Assembly (NCBI GenBank): GCA_002405515.1
Contig: DHLZ01000079.1
Span: 2,439-50,201 of the forward strand
Reading direction: 5' to 3'
Origin: Planctomycetaceae bacterium UBA4655
GTDB taxonomy: Bacteria > Planctomycetota > Planctomycetia > Pirellulales > UBA1268
DNA: 47,763 nt
Part shown: positions 36,644-45,660 of the stretch, one piece after another
Layout: each line of letters begins with the position of its first letter
How positions within the stretch are numbered: the first letter of the stretch is position 1
The notes under the pieces: generated by a model
The model's input: the letters and a program-made list of their open reading frames with translations, nothing else
Told to the model about the DNA's origin: nothing
Database searches by the model: none
Made by a program: the position numbers and the translations under genes

Positions 36644-37783
36644 TCAGAAGAGCGGCACGCTCGCGCCGATGCCGATCCGGAAGACGCGGTCGAAGATGGT
36701 CTGGATCGTCGTCAGCGGCGTCCCCTCGACGCTCACGACGTCGCCCGGAGCCAGCCGCAGGTTCGATGCGTCTTCACGCTTCGCGGCGGCGATGCTTGTC
36801 TGAATCACCACTGGCTCCTTTTCGCCCTGGACGTTTCGCGTGATGATGATCCTGTCGGCCACTGGATTGCTCCAGCCACCGGCCAGGGCGATGGCATCGA
36901 GCACGTGGATCGGCTTGCTCACCGGCATCTCGTACTGCCCGGGCTTTTGCACGAGACCGATCACGCTGACCGGCATCAGATCACGAGTCTCGACACGGAC
37001 GATGTCGCCATCCCGAAGCTGTACATCCCGGCCGGACGCGGGGTCGAGATCGGCGAGGTCGAGCCGCATGAACGTGTCGGCTTCGCCCACGGCGTCTGGC
37101 GGCGGGAGCGGCAACGGCCCGCCCGCATCGACGAGCGCGACCGCCGGTTGCACCTCCCCTTGACCACCGGTGGCCGCCGCGGCGGAGACAGGCAGCGGCC
37201 GCGCGGCCATGCGAGCATGCCGACGCACCTCGATGACCGTGCCCGCGGCCTTGTTGAGCGATCCGGCCGAGACGAGCGCCGCCAGGAGCGTGCTCTGCCC
37301 CCGAGGCAGTTCCTGCACACCCTGCTTTTCCACGGCGCCGATAACCGTGACTCGGTTCACCGCCTTCTTCCGCATGGTGACGGTGACCTGCGGCGCCTTG
37401 TAAAGTCCGCGGGCGACGGCGGCCTGCGAGATCGCCTCTTCCGCTGCGAATGGCTCGAGGCCTGCCAGCCTCAAGGGCCCCACGAGCGCGAGCGTCGCCA
37501 CGCCATCGTCATCCAGCCGCACCGGCGTGGGAGCCACCTGTCCGGCCGGCTCGAGGCCGCTGGCGATCGTGACGTCGATGACGTCCTGTGGTTCGAGAAT
37601 GTCGCTCGCCACCGTCGGCATCGAGAGCCTGCCCAGGTCGGCCGTCCTGGCGTTGCCGATGTCCGCAGCCTGGTAATGGGCCGGCATCTTCGACGCCTTC
37701 ACGACCCGCCGCGCACAGCCCGAGAGTGGCGTCGCGGCGAGCATCACCGCGACGACCATGAGACGACGGGTTGACAGGGACAT
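36644..37783 (-). CDS. wza: Outer-membrane polysaccharide export lipoprotein (Wza family: Poly_export plus SLBB domains)
   Basis: ATG at 37783. Lipoprotein signal MSLSTRRLMVVAVMLAATPLSGC. Domain blocks: ILEPQDVIDVTI, VRLDDDGVATLALVGPLRLAGL, VTVIGAVEKQGVQELP, VSVIGLVQKPGQYEMP, LRLAPGDVVSV. Confidence 0.88.
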   Translation of the reverse strand: MSLSTRRLMVVAVMLAATPLSGCARRVVKASKMPAHYQAADIGNARTADLGRLSMPTVASDILEPQDVIDVTIASGLEPAGQVAPTPVRLDDDGVATLALVGPLRLAGLEPFAAEEAISQAAVARGLYKAPQVTVTMRKKAVNRVTVIGAVEKQGVQELPRGQSTLLAALVSAGSLNKAAGTVIEVRRHARMAARPLPVSAAAATGGQGEVQPAVALVDAGGPLPLPPPDAVGEADTFMRLDLADLDPASGRDVQLRDGDIVRVETRDLMPVSVIGLVQKPGQYEMPVSKPIHVLDAIALAGGWSNPVADRIIITRNVQGEKEPVVIQTSIAAAKREDASNLRLAPGDVVSVEGTPLTTIQTIFDRVFRIGIGASVPLF

Positions 37784-38021
37784 ATCTTCGCCCGCACGCG
37801 GGTTCGCGGACGGTCGACAGCAACAGCTGTCGAAATCTTCAGGCCGTCCGAGGTGAAGATGTAGCGAACCCCGCCCCCCCGACGCTACGGGTGTTTTTGG
37901 CCGGGTCAAACCGACAGAAGTTCCCGGATTTCCTGGCTTCCGACCTCGGGCCAGCCTACCCCGCCATCACCCAGGACGGCCGGCCGAAAACGGAACCTTT
38001 GAAGAACGTCGGATTCCGACC

Positions 38022-38585
38022 TCACGGGCTGGCAGGCTTTTGCGACGTCGCGATCGGAATCGCAATCGCCGCACCGATCCCCGCGGCGACGAGCGCCGTC
38101 GTCGCAAGCGGATAGGCGGCGAAGGCCCTCTTCAGCGGGCCGCGCCGGGGAGGATCCACCCTTTGCTGCTGGGGCGGGCAGTCGTCGCAGCAACTGACAT
38201 GGGCGACCTGTCGAACCTGAGGAGGGGCCGTCTTCTTCGGCCAGAGCCGGTAACTCGCCGTCGACGTGCCCGATCGGATCTCATGCACGCCCTCGCGAAG
38301 CCCGGCGACCCGGAAGTTGCCGCCGGCATCGGTCTGCGTCGTGGCGATCACACCACCGGCGAACATGACCTCGACGTCCTTCGCTGGCACGGGACGCCCC
38401 GTTTCGGTGCTGACCTTGCCGACGAGAACACCCTCGTCGATCACGACGTCCTCGACATGGACGGCCGCAACGGCCTGATTCGCGGATCCTGCGGCCATGC
38501 AGGAAAGCGGCTGGCCGAGCATGCTGACCATGCACGCAACCACACCGAACCGCTTGATCAAGCCGGTGACGCTCATGTCCCCCAT
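38022..38585 (-). CDS. Small secreted carboxypeptidase-regulatory-like (CarbopepD_reg) beta-sandwich protein with Cys cluster and C-terminal TM anchor
   Basis: Signal-like N-terminus LIKRFGVVACMVSMLGQPLSCMAAG. Domain block GKVSTETGRPVPAKDVEVMF..TQTDAGGNFRVAGLREGVHEI. Then CCDDCPP and a hydrophobic tail, PLATTALVAAGIGAAIAIPIA. The start is the ATG at 38585 or 38576. Confidence 0.6.
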   Translation of the reverse strand: MGDMSVTGLIKRFGVVACMVSMLGQPLSCMAAGSANQAVAAVHVEDVVIDEGVLVGKVSTETGRPVPAKDVEVMFAGGVIATTQTDAGGNFRVAGLREGVHEIRSGTSTASYRLWPKKTAPPQVRQVAHVSCCDDCPPQQQRVDPPRRGPLKRAFAAYPLATTALVAAGIGAAIAIPIATSQKPASP

Positions 38586-38718
38586 CCTTATTCCGGAGCG
38601 TAAGGCCTGCGGTCGCCGGCTTCCTGTAAGCCAGAGCACAAGCCAAATCACCATGTTGATCGGCGGGACGCGATCGGCGGCATGAGAACACTATCGGAAA
38701 GTTCAGGTTATTCCGATT

Positions 38719-39510
38719 TCAGCCGGTCAGCCGGGCGAACCAGCCCCGGCCGCTGCCGGGCCGGCCGGAGCGTCCTGCGGCGACCACCTCGACGCCCTCG
38801 GCCACCTTTGCCGGGTTTTCGCAGACCACCAGATCTGCCAATTCTGCGTCGGCGAGCACCGCGACCGCATCGCGGGCCGCCGACAGGCCGAACGGCCGCC
38901 GGCTCGTGTCGTGCGCGTCACTGGCCACGAAGTGCACGAGCCGCTTCCGCACGCACCACTCGGCCATCTTTCTCGCCGAGCCACCAAAGCCGCCGGTCAG
39001 GCTGCCGGCGGTGATCTGGATCAGGCCGCCGGCGCGGACGACCTCGGCCACCGTTTCCGGTCGGGCCTGCATGCCGCGGTTTCGCTCGGGATGCGAAAGG
39101 ATCCCCGTGAGGCCCTGCTTGGAGAGCGCGGCGAGCAGCGTTTCGAGCGGAAAATAGACCTCGTGCGGAAGCTCGAGAAGAACGTGCTTCCCCCGGTCGG
39201 CGAGCGTGAGAACCTCGCCCCGCCGCAGGAGCTTCGGCAGCTCCGGCTCGATCCGGACATCGGCGCCCGGCAGCACCTCCAGCTCGATTCCCGCCGCGGC
39301 GATCGCCCCGTTGAGCGATGCGACGCCGGCGCGGATCGCCGACGCCGTCACGTGGGCGTTGCCACCGAGCTGGTGGGGCGTGGCGATGACGGTCGTGGCG
39401 CCGTCGAGCGACGCCGCGGCGGCCATCGCCAGCGACTCCTCGAGATCGCTCGCGCCATCGTCGATGCCGGGAACGATGTGGCAGTGGATGTCGGTGTAGG
39501 CGGCGGACAT
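38719..39510 (-). CDS. PHP-family (CpsB/CapC/YwqE-type) manganese-dependent protein-tyrosine phosphatase
   Basis: N-terminal signature TDIHCHIVPGIDDGA. Also ATPH, SHPERN and ASDAHD histidine/aspartate blocks. Length is 263 aa. Confidence 0.88.
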   Translation of the reverse strand: MSAAYTDIHCHIVPGIDDGASDLEESLAMAAAASLDGATTVIATPHQLGGNAHVTASAIRAGVASLNGAIAAAGIELEVLPGADVRIEPELPKLLRRGEVLTLADRGKHVLLELPHEVYFPLETLLAALSKQGLTGILSHPERNRGMQARPETVAEVVRAGGLIQITAGSLTGGFGGSARKMAEWCVRKRLVHFVASDAHDTSRRPFGLSAARDAVAVLADAELADLVVCENPAKVAEGVEVVAAGRSGRPGSGRGWFARLTG

Positions 39511-39590
39511 GGCCGCAAGACGTTCGCAGGAGACGGGGTGCGAGACAACCCCAAAAAATGCCCCGCCCCGCTTCGGGTATAAAACGCTCC

Positions 39591-40550
39591 ATGAAAATCG
39601 TCGTTCTCGACGCCTACACGACCAATCCCGGCGACCTGTCCTGGTCGCCGATCAAATTGCTCGGCGATTGCTCGATCCACGACCGCACGCCTGACGGCGA
39701 GACGGTCGCCCGGGCTGCCGCCGCCGACGTCGTGATCACGAACAAGACCGTGCTCGACCGCCGCACGATCGAATCGCTCCCGGGTCTGCGTGCGATCGCA
39801 CTGCTCTCCACCGGGACGAACGTCGTCGATCTCGCGGCCGCGAGGGAACGCGGCATCCCGGTGATGAACGTCCCGGAATACAGCACGCCCGACGTCGCGC
39901 AGGCCACGTTCGCGCTCCTGCTCGAACTGACCAACCGCACCGGCCATCACGCGGCCCTCGTGCGAAACGGTGCCTGGAGCCGCTGCGAGGACTTCTGCTT
40001 CTGGGAAGGGGAACTCGTCGAGATCGCCGGGCTCACGCTCGGCGTCGTCGGCTACGGCAAGATCGGCCGGGCGGTCGCGGCCGTCGCACGTGCCTTCGGC
40101 ATGCAGGTGGTGGCGAGCCGACGGACCTCGATGGGCCAGGCAGCCGACGACGGCACGCCGCTTCTCGACCTCGACACGCTCTTCGCGGAAGCCGACGTCG
40201 TGAGCCTCCACTGCCCGCTCACGCCGGAATCGGCGAAGCTCGCAAGCGCCGGCCGGATCGCGCGGATGAAGCCGACCGCGTACTTTCTCAACACCGCCCG
40301 CGGCGGACTCGTCGACGAGCCCGCGCTCGCGGAAGCTCTTCACGCCGGCCGGATCGCAGGAGCCGGCCTCGACGTGCTGACGGCTGAGCCGCCGGCGGCC
40401 GACCATCCGCTCCTCTCGGCCCCCAACTGCATCATCACGCCCCACGTCGCCTGGGCCACGAGGAAGGCCCGCGAGCGGCTCATCCTCGAGGTCGCCGAAA
40501 ACATCCGCAGCTTCACCGCCGGTCGCGACCGCAATCTTGTCAATCGCTGA
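39591..40550 (+). CDS. D-isomer-specific 2-hydroxyacid dehydrogenase (glycerate dehydrogenase/HprA-like)
   Basis: ATG at 39591 (MKIVVLDAY). NAD motif: LGVVGYGKIGRAVA. Also FLNTARGGLVDE and ITPHVAWAT. Confidence 0.88.
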   Translation: MKIVVLDAYTTNPGDLSWSPIKLLGDCSIHDRTPDGETVARAAAADVVITNKTVLDRRTIESLPGLRAIALLSTGTNVVDLAAARERGIPVMNVPEYSTPDVAQATFALLLELTNRTGHHAALVRNGAWSRCEDFCFWEGELVEIAGLTLGVVGYGKIGRAVAAVARAFGMQVVASRRTSMGQAADDGTPLLDLDTLFAEADVVSLHCPLTPESAKLASAGRIARMKPTAYFLNTARGGLVDEPALAEALHAGRIAGAGLDVLTAEPPAADHPLLSAPNCIITPHVAWATRKARERLILEVAENIRSFTAGRDRNLVNR

Positions 40551-40580
40551 CGCGATGTCGTGTCGTCAATCGCTGACGCG
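40539..40580. repeat. 16-bp direct repeat GTCAATCGCTGACGCG (x2, 26-bp period) spanning the stop codon of the dehydrogenase gene
   Basis: Exact copies at 40539-40554 and 40565-40580. The first copy contains the TGA stop at 40548-40550. Confidence 0.7.
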
Positions 40581-40603
40581 CGACGGGCGGCCGACGGGCA
40601 GCG

Positions 40604-41392
40604 TCATCCCCGGTTCCGCGGCCGCCTGAGGATCATGAGATCGTCGGCCTCGCCGCGGACGTCGCCCGACGCCATCGGCTTGGCGAGCAGCATCCCGGCG
40701 ATGAATCCCGCGACGTGCGCCGAATAGGCGACGCCGCCGCCGCCCGCCCCCGACTGGTCAAAGAGGCCGCTCACGACCTGGAAGAGAAACCAGATTCCGA
40801 CGGCCACGTAGCCGGGCACGTCGATGATCATCCTGAGCATCATGACGCTCACGCGGCGGGCGGGGTGCAGGACGAGGTAGCCCCCGAGCACGCCCGAGAT
40901 CGCGCCGGAGGCGCCGAGGCAGGGCGTCAACGAGGCCTCCCCGGAGCTGTTGAGCGCGACGAAGGCGAGCGACGCGAGCACGCCCGTCGCCAGATAGAAG
41001 AGCAGATACTTCACGTGCCCCATGTCGTCCTCGACGTTGTCGCCGAAGATCCAGAGGAACCACATGTTGCCGGCGAGGTGCATGATGCTGCCGTGCATGA
41101 AGATCGCCGTCAGGAGCGTGAGCCAGACGGGGATCGGCGTGGGCTCGAGCCCGGGAACCTCCAGCGACATCGTCTGCCCCTGCACCGAGATCTCCCGGAC
41201 GGAGGGCTCGGTGACCACGTCCCGGCCGCTCAGGATCTCGGCCGGCACCTGGCAGTAGGCGAGCGTGACGGCGTTGTTGGCCCCCATCTGCTGGAGCACG
41301 ACGAACACGAAGATGTTGGCGGCGATCAGGGCCACCGACACGATCGGAAAGATCCGGCGGTCGGAATTATCGTCGGCAATGGGGAAGACCAT
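40604..41392 (-). CDS. Rhomboid-family intramembrane serine protease
   Basis: ATG at 41392 (MVFPIADDN). Motifs: FMHGSIMHLAGNMWFLWIFG, GASGAISG (catalytic Ser) and AHVAGFIAG (catalytic His). The 156 upstream codons in the ORF track are Arg-rich non-coding read-through. Confidence 0.88.
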   Translation of the reverse strand: MVFPIADDNSDRRIFPIVSVALIAANIFVFVVLQQMGANNAVTLAYCQVPAEILSGRDVVTEPSVREISVQGQTMSLEVPGLEPTPIPVWLTLLTAIFMHGSIMHLAGNMWFLWIFGDNVEDDMGHVKYLLFYLATGVLASLAFVALNSSGEASLTPCLGASGAISGVLGGYLVLHPARRVSVMMLRMIIDVPGYVAVGIWFLFQVVSGLFDQSGAGGGGVAYSAHVAGFIAGMLLAKPMASGDVRGEADDLMILRRPRNRG

Positions 41393-41541
41393 GCACGAAC
41401 CTGCGGGGTTTCGGGAATTACTGTCGCCGGGCGAGCGCAGAGAGTATGGCCGCCAGCGGCCCCCTCGGCCAAGGTCGCAGCCACGAGCCGCGGAAAGCCG
41501 CCGGCCTGTCCCGGGGAAACTTCGCCGCTCCAGGTCGGCCG

Positions 41542-42018
41542 TCAGGGCTTGGCCGGTGTCTTTGCCGCACGCTGACCGGGCGAGTTCTCCGCCTCGGCCA
41601 TCTTCTGCTCGATCCAGCCGTCGACGCTCCAGGGGCCGGGCCCGAACGCGGCCAGCATCAGGAGCCCGCCACCGATGGCGACGTTCTTCATGAAGTGCCA
41701 CGTTTCGCTGAACTGCGTGTTCACGTCCTGCACCTTCCAAAAGTCGTGGTAGTAGAACGTCGCCGCGGCGAGGAACGCGAAGAGGAACATCGCGCCCACC
41801 CGCGCCCAGGCGCCCGCGATCACCGACAGGCTCCCGATCAGGAGCACGCCGATGGCGCAAAAGAGCGCGAGCCTCGGCTGCGGCACACCCTCCATCCCCA
41901 TCCTCGCCACCGTCGCCTTGAAGTCCGGGATCTTGTAGGCGACCGTGAGCCAGAGGAACACGGCCGTCAGCATCAGCCGGGCGAGCAGCGTCATGATCCC
42001 TTGCACGATCGTCGCCAT
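41542..42018 (-). CDS. DoxX-family membrane protein
   Basis: 158 aa with four hydrophobic segments: LLARLMLTAVFL, LFCAIGVLLIGSLSVIAG, GAMFLFAFLAAATFYYHDFW, KNVAIGGGLLMLA. Confidence 0.7.
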   Translation of the reverse strand: MATIVQGIMTLLARLMLTAVFLWLTVAYKIPDFKATVARMGMEGVPQPRLALFCAIGVLLIGSLSVIAGAWARVGAMFLFAFLAAATFYYHDFWKVQDVNTQFSETWHFMKNVAIGGGLLMLAAFGPGPWSVDGWIEQKMAEAENSPGQRAAKTPAKP

Positions 42019-42123
42019 GAAAAAACCCTACGGGAAATGCCTCTTGGCCGGTGGATCAGCCGCAGCATGCGGCCACTGCCCGGAATGGTCGCGGAAGCGT
42101 GCGGTCGGGGGCAAGGCGTATTT

Positions 42124-43164
42124 TCAGCGGCCTTCAGCCGGATTCCAGGCGGGCTCGTCCCGCGTGATGCAGTGGATCGCCCCGCGTCCCCAGACGAGGT
42201 CGCGGCAGTCCACAGGCTCGATCGACCGACCGGGAAAACAGTCGGCGAGGGTGCGGATTGCGGCGGCGTCGGTCGACCCGCCGAACACCGGCACGAGCAC
42301 CGAGCCGTTCGTGACGAGGAAATTCAGATGGCTCGCCGGCAGCTGCACGCCGTGCCGCTCGAACCGCGGCGGGATGTCGATCGGGATCAGCTCGAGCCGA
42401 CGGCCACGGGCATCCTGCATTCCCGCAAGCCGCCGCAGGTTCGCCTCGAGATCCGCGTGGTTGGGATCTCCCACATCCGGCTGCCGTGCCGCGACGACCC
42501 TGCCCGGCGCCACGAACCGCGCGATCTGGTCGACGTGGCCGTCGGTGTCGTCCCCCGCGAGCGCCCCGTCGAGCCAGCCCACGGCATCGACCCCGAGCGT
42601 GTCGCGGAGAATCGTTTCGGCATCTTCGCAAGTCAGCCCGGGATTGCGACGCGGATCGACGACACACCGCTCGTTCACGAGCAGCGTTCCCTCCCCGTCG
42701 GTCTCGATCGCGCCCCCTTCGAGCACCATGCTCGGCCGCACCACCGGCAGCGACTCGCTCGCGGCGATCCGACCCGACACGGCCGCGTCGAGATCCCATG
42801 GCGGATACTTGCCGCCCCAGGCGTTGAACGGCCAGCAGACGGCCAGCGGAGGGAGCCCGCGGCCGGGCCGCGGCAGGAGAAACACGGGAGCGGTATCGCG
42901 AATCCAGCCGTCGCTCGTGAAGACCTCGATGAAGGAGATGTTCGGCTCGCCCTCGAGATGCCGCTTCGCGTCGGCGAGGGCGCGGCCGCCTGCCACGATC
43001 CGCACTGGCTGGTGCCGCGCGATGAGCCGTGCGACCGTCGCGTAGACGTCCGGGATCGGGTCGAAGTGGCCGGGCCAGGTCGCGAGCCTGTGCGGCCAGG
43101 CCAGGAACGTGGCCGCCTGCGGCTCCCACTCCGCAGGCAGCCGGTAGTCGTCTCGGAGCTTCAC
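42124..43164 (-). CDS. aguA: Agmatine deiminase
   Basis: RLPAEWEPQAATFLAWPH, WIRDTAPVF, LEGGAIETDGEGTLL, DGHVDQIARF, and C-terminal GAIHCITRDEP (catalytic Cys). Confidence 0.9.
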   Translation of the reverse strand: MKLRDDYRLPAEWEPQAATFLAWPHRLATWPGHFDPIPDVYATVARLIARHQPVRIVAGGRALADAKRHLEGEPNISFIEVFTSDGWIRDTAPVFLLPRPGRGLPPLAVCWPFNAWGGKYPPWDLDAAVSGRIAASESLPVVRPSMVLEGGAIETDGEGTLLVNERCVVDPRRNPGLTCEDAETILRDTLGVDAVGWLDGALAGDDTDGHVDQIARFVAPGRVVAARQPDVGDPNHADLEANLRRLAGMQDARGRRLELIPIDIPPRFERHGVQLPASHLNFLVTNGSVLVPVFGGSTDAAAIRTLADCFPGRSIEPVDCRDLVWGRGAIHCITRDEPAWNPAEGR

Positions 43165-43165
43165 G

Positions 43166-44080
43166 TCATCGCCCCCAACGATCGAGCAGGCCGCCGTAGG
43201 CGTCGATCCGCCGGTCGCGGAAAAACGGCCACCGCGTCCGCGACCATTCGATACGGGCGAGGTCGCACTCCACGACCACGGTCTCGGGCGTGTCGTGGCC
43301 GGCCCTCACGAGCGTTTCACCGCTCGGCGCGTAGACCACGCTCGCCCCCCAGAATCGCAGCGGTCCTTCCCGGCCGGTGCGATTCACCGCGACGACGAAC
43401 ACCCCGTTGGCGATCGCGTGGCTGCGAAGCATGGTATCCCAGGATTCATACTGGGCGCGGTGGAGCGACTCCTCGCCGTCGAGCCAGCCGATCGCGGTGG
43501 GATAGAAGATCGCCTCCGCGCCGGCCATCGCCGTAAGCCGCGCCGCCTCGGGGTACCACTGGTCCCAGCAGACGAGCGGGCCCACCTGGAGCGTCCGCGG
43601 CTTCGCCTCCCGCGGACCGATCGCGGTCGGCACGGCCAGGAAGCCGGTATCGCCCGGCGCGAAGTAGAACTTCTCGTAGTAGTGCGGGTCATCGGGGATG
43701 TGCATCTTGCGGTAGGTTCCCGCGTGCTCGCCGTCGCGGTCGATCACGACCGCGGTGTTGTGGAAGAGCCCGTCGGCTCGCCGCTCGAAGACGCTGCCGA
43801 CGATCGCGACGCCGTGCTGCCGCGCCGCCTCGCGGAGTTGCTCGGTGAGCGGCCCGGGCACCCGCTCCGCCTCGGCGAATTTCCCGTGGTCCTCCGCCTG
43901 GCAGGGATACTCGCCGGCGAAGAGCTCCTGGAGGCAGACGATGTCGGCCCCGCCGGCCGCCGCCTCCGCGATTCCCGCGAGGGCCTGCGCGACGTTCTGC
44001 TCCCGGTCGCCCGTGCAGGCCGACTGCACGAGACCGACCCGCACGATCGAGGGCTTCGTGGACCTGGATTGGCGATTCAT
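43166..44080 (-). CDS. aguB: N-carbamoylputrescine amidase (carbon-nitrogen hydrolase family)
   Basis: ATG at 44080. Motifs: VRVGLVQ, IVCLQELF, YRKMHIPDDPHYYEKFYFAPGD, LVCWDQWYPEAAR (catalytic Cys). Lies directly upstream of aguA with a 1-nt gap. Confidence 0.9.
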   Translation of the reverse strand: MNRQSRSTKPSIVRVGLVQSACTGDREQNVAQALAGIAEAAAGGADIVCLQELFAGEYPCQAEDHGKFAEAERVPGPLTEQLREAARQHGVAIVGSVFERRADGLFHNTAVVIDRDGEHAGTYRKMHIPDDPHYYEKFYFAPGDTGFLAVPTAIGPREAKPRTLQVGPLVCWDQWYPEAARLTAMAGAEAIFYPTAIGWLDGEESLHRAQYESWDTMLRSHAIANGVFVVAVNRTGREGPLRFWGASVVYAPSGETLVRAGHDTPETVVVECDLARIEWSRTRWPFFRDRRIDAYGGLLDRWGR

Positions 44081-44336
44081 GGAGGTATGGTACGTCGCCC
44101 GATCGATCCTTGCAGCCATCCGCACCGCCCTCCGGCGAATCACGATCTCTCTTCGTGGCCCGGCTAGCGGCGACGGGGCGACGGATTGATCGGGGCGTTT
44201 CCATGCTTTCGGCCGGGCCGTTGCCGACCTGCAATTTCGGTCATGGCTGGCATCGCCACGAATCTCCGGCTTACCACATCCGAGCAGGAGGGCATTCGCC
44301 GTGCGGTCGCGAGGGCATGCGAGGAACTCGGCGTCG

Positions 44337-45401
44337 TCAGAATTCGTCGTCGCGGAGCCTGCGGTCGTCCTTCTCTCCTCCGCGCTTCTTCATGGGGCAA
44401 CCGTCATCGCAGTCCTTGCAGCCCGAACCGCCCCGGTCGCCGCCGCGTTTGCCCTGCGAACGCATCCACTCCTTCCGCTTCTGCTCCCAGTGATCGGCCA
44501 TCTTCGCGACGACGGCCCAGACCTCCTCGGCCGGGGCATCCCACACGATCATGCAGGTCGAGCCCTCGGTTTTCGTCTTCACACCGTCGATGAGTTTCAT
44601 CGCGGCCGCGTCGTCGCCGAAGCGGAGTCGGCCCAGCGCCTCCATGCCCTCGACCACGTCCTCCGTCTGCCCGGCCGCCTCGGACGACGCCATGTCGAGC
44701 TTGGCCCGGTAAAACGAAGAGCCCTCGTTCTCCCCAATGGCCACGCGGAACGACCGCCCCTGCCGCAGCACCGGGCACTTCGTGCCTGGATCGACCGCGG
44801 CCGCCCGCGCCACGATGATCGAGCCGGGCCGCACGCGGCCGCCGAGCGGCCCGTCTTCCGCCGCCGGCTTCTCCTCGCCGTCGAGCACGTCGATCGCCGC
44901 CTTCACGCGCTCCGGCTTCCGTGAGAACACCATCACGTCGTCGCGGTAAAACGTCCCCACCACCTTCTCCCCGGCACGGCCCTTCCAGCCCTTGTGGGTC
45001 CAGGCGTGCAACGTGTACTTCCGATGCTCCATCGTCTCGTGGTCGGGCGCCTTCTCGACCATCTTCTCGAGCATCTGGCGGTTGGCCTTCACCCGCACGA
45101 TCATCACGCCGTTGCGTTTGTCGGTGTCGAGGCCATAGGCCGTGACGTCGCGGAGGTCCTTCCGCAGGTCCATGCCCATCATGCCGGCGCCCATCCGCAT
45201 CATCTGCTCGACAGCGGGATGAATCTTCAGCGCCCGCTCCCAAGCACGCTGCATGACGATCGACTCGCGGGCGGCGTCCATGTCGAAGTGCATGACCCAG
45301 GTGGCCCCGGCGGCCACACGATCGAGGTCGAACGGGGCCGCAGGCACGGGCGTCGCCCATGCGAGGGTGATGGCACACAATGGCAGCACGCGGGCGAGCA
45401 T
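44337..45401 (-). CDS. Secreted protein of unknown function with Cys-rich, highly charged C-terminal tail
   Basis: ATG at 45401. Signal peptide MLARVLPLCAITLAWATPVPAAP. No family recognised. The tail is GGSGCKDCDDGCPMKKRGGEKDDRRLRDDEF. Confidence 0.55.
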   Translation of the reverse strand: MLARVLPLCAITLAWATPVPAAPFDLDRVAAGATWVMHFDMDAARESIVMQRAWERALKIHPAVEQMMRMGAGMMGMDLRKDLRDVTAYGLDTDKRNGVMIVRVKANRQMLEKMVEKAPDHETMEHRKYTLHAWTHKGWKGRAGEKVVGTFYRDDVMVFSRKPERVKAAIDVLDGEEKPAAEDGPLGGRVRPGSIIVARAAAVDPGTKCPVLRQGRSFRVAIGENEGSSFYRAKLDMASSEAAGQTEDVVEGMEALGRLRFGDDAAAMKLIDGVKTKTEGSTCMIVWDAPAEEVWAVVAKMADHWEQKRKEWMRSQGKRGGDRGGSGCKDCDDGCPMKKRGGEKDDRRLRDDEF

Positions 45402-45660
45402 GAGAGGTCTCCGGAAAAAGTGTTCGATCTGCGGCCGGGGCTCCTGCGGCCCCACTATATACACCGCCAACCCGCCGAAGGTTTCAACAAACAGCCCGAT
45501 CAACGCCGCTCCCGCCGGTTTTTCCGGGCGGCCAGCGGCCGATGAGCCCTTGCCCGAACCTCCCGAGCCGCCGCAGCGCGGCGAACGAGCAGTGTGTCGT
45601 GCGTCACTTCCCCGGTTTCTCGAACGACACCCGCTCGTGGTCGTTGTTCATGCCGGTCCA

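Noticed and set aside
41446-43536. 696-aa plus-strand ORF, with similar very long ORFs at 15761-17431 (-), 1736-2896 (-), 45253-47196 (+), 3032-4132 (-), 39348-40445 (-) and 349-1398 (+)
   Set aside because: All are antisense or out of frame to genes with clear family motifs (aguA/aguB, dehydrogenase, cyclophilin/GH63 relic, glyA, CAP protein, hprA, GH). They are dominated by Arg/Pro/Gly/Ala/His low-complexity sequence. These are typical stop-codon-poor shadow ORFs of high-GC DNA.
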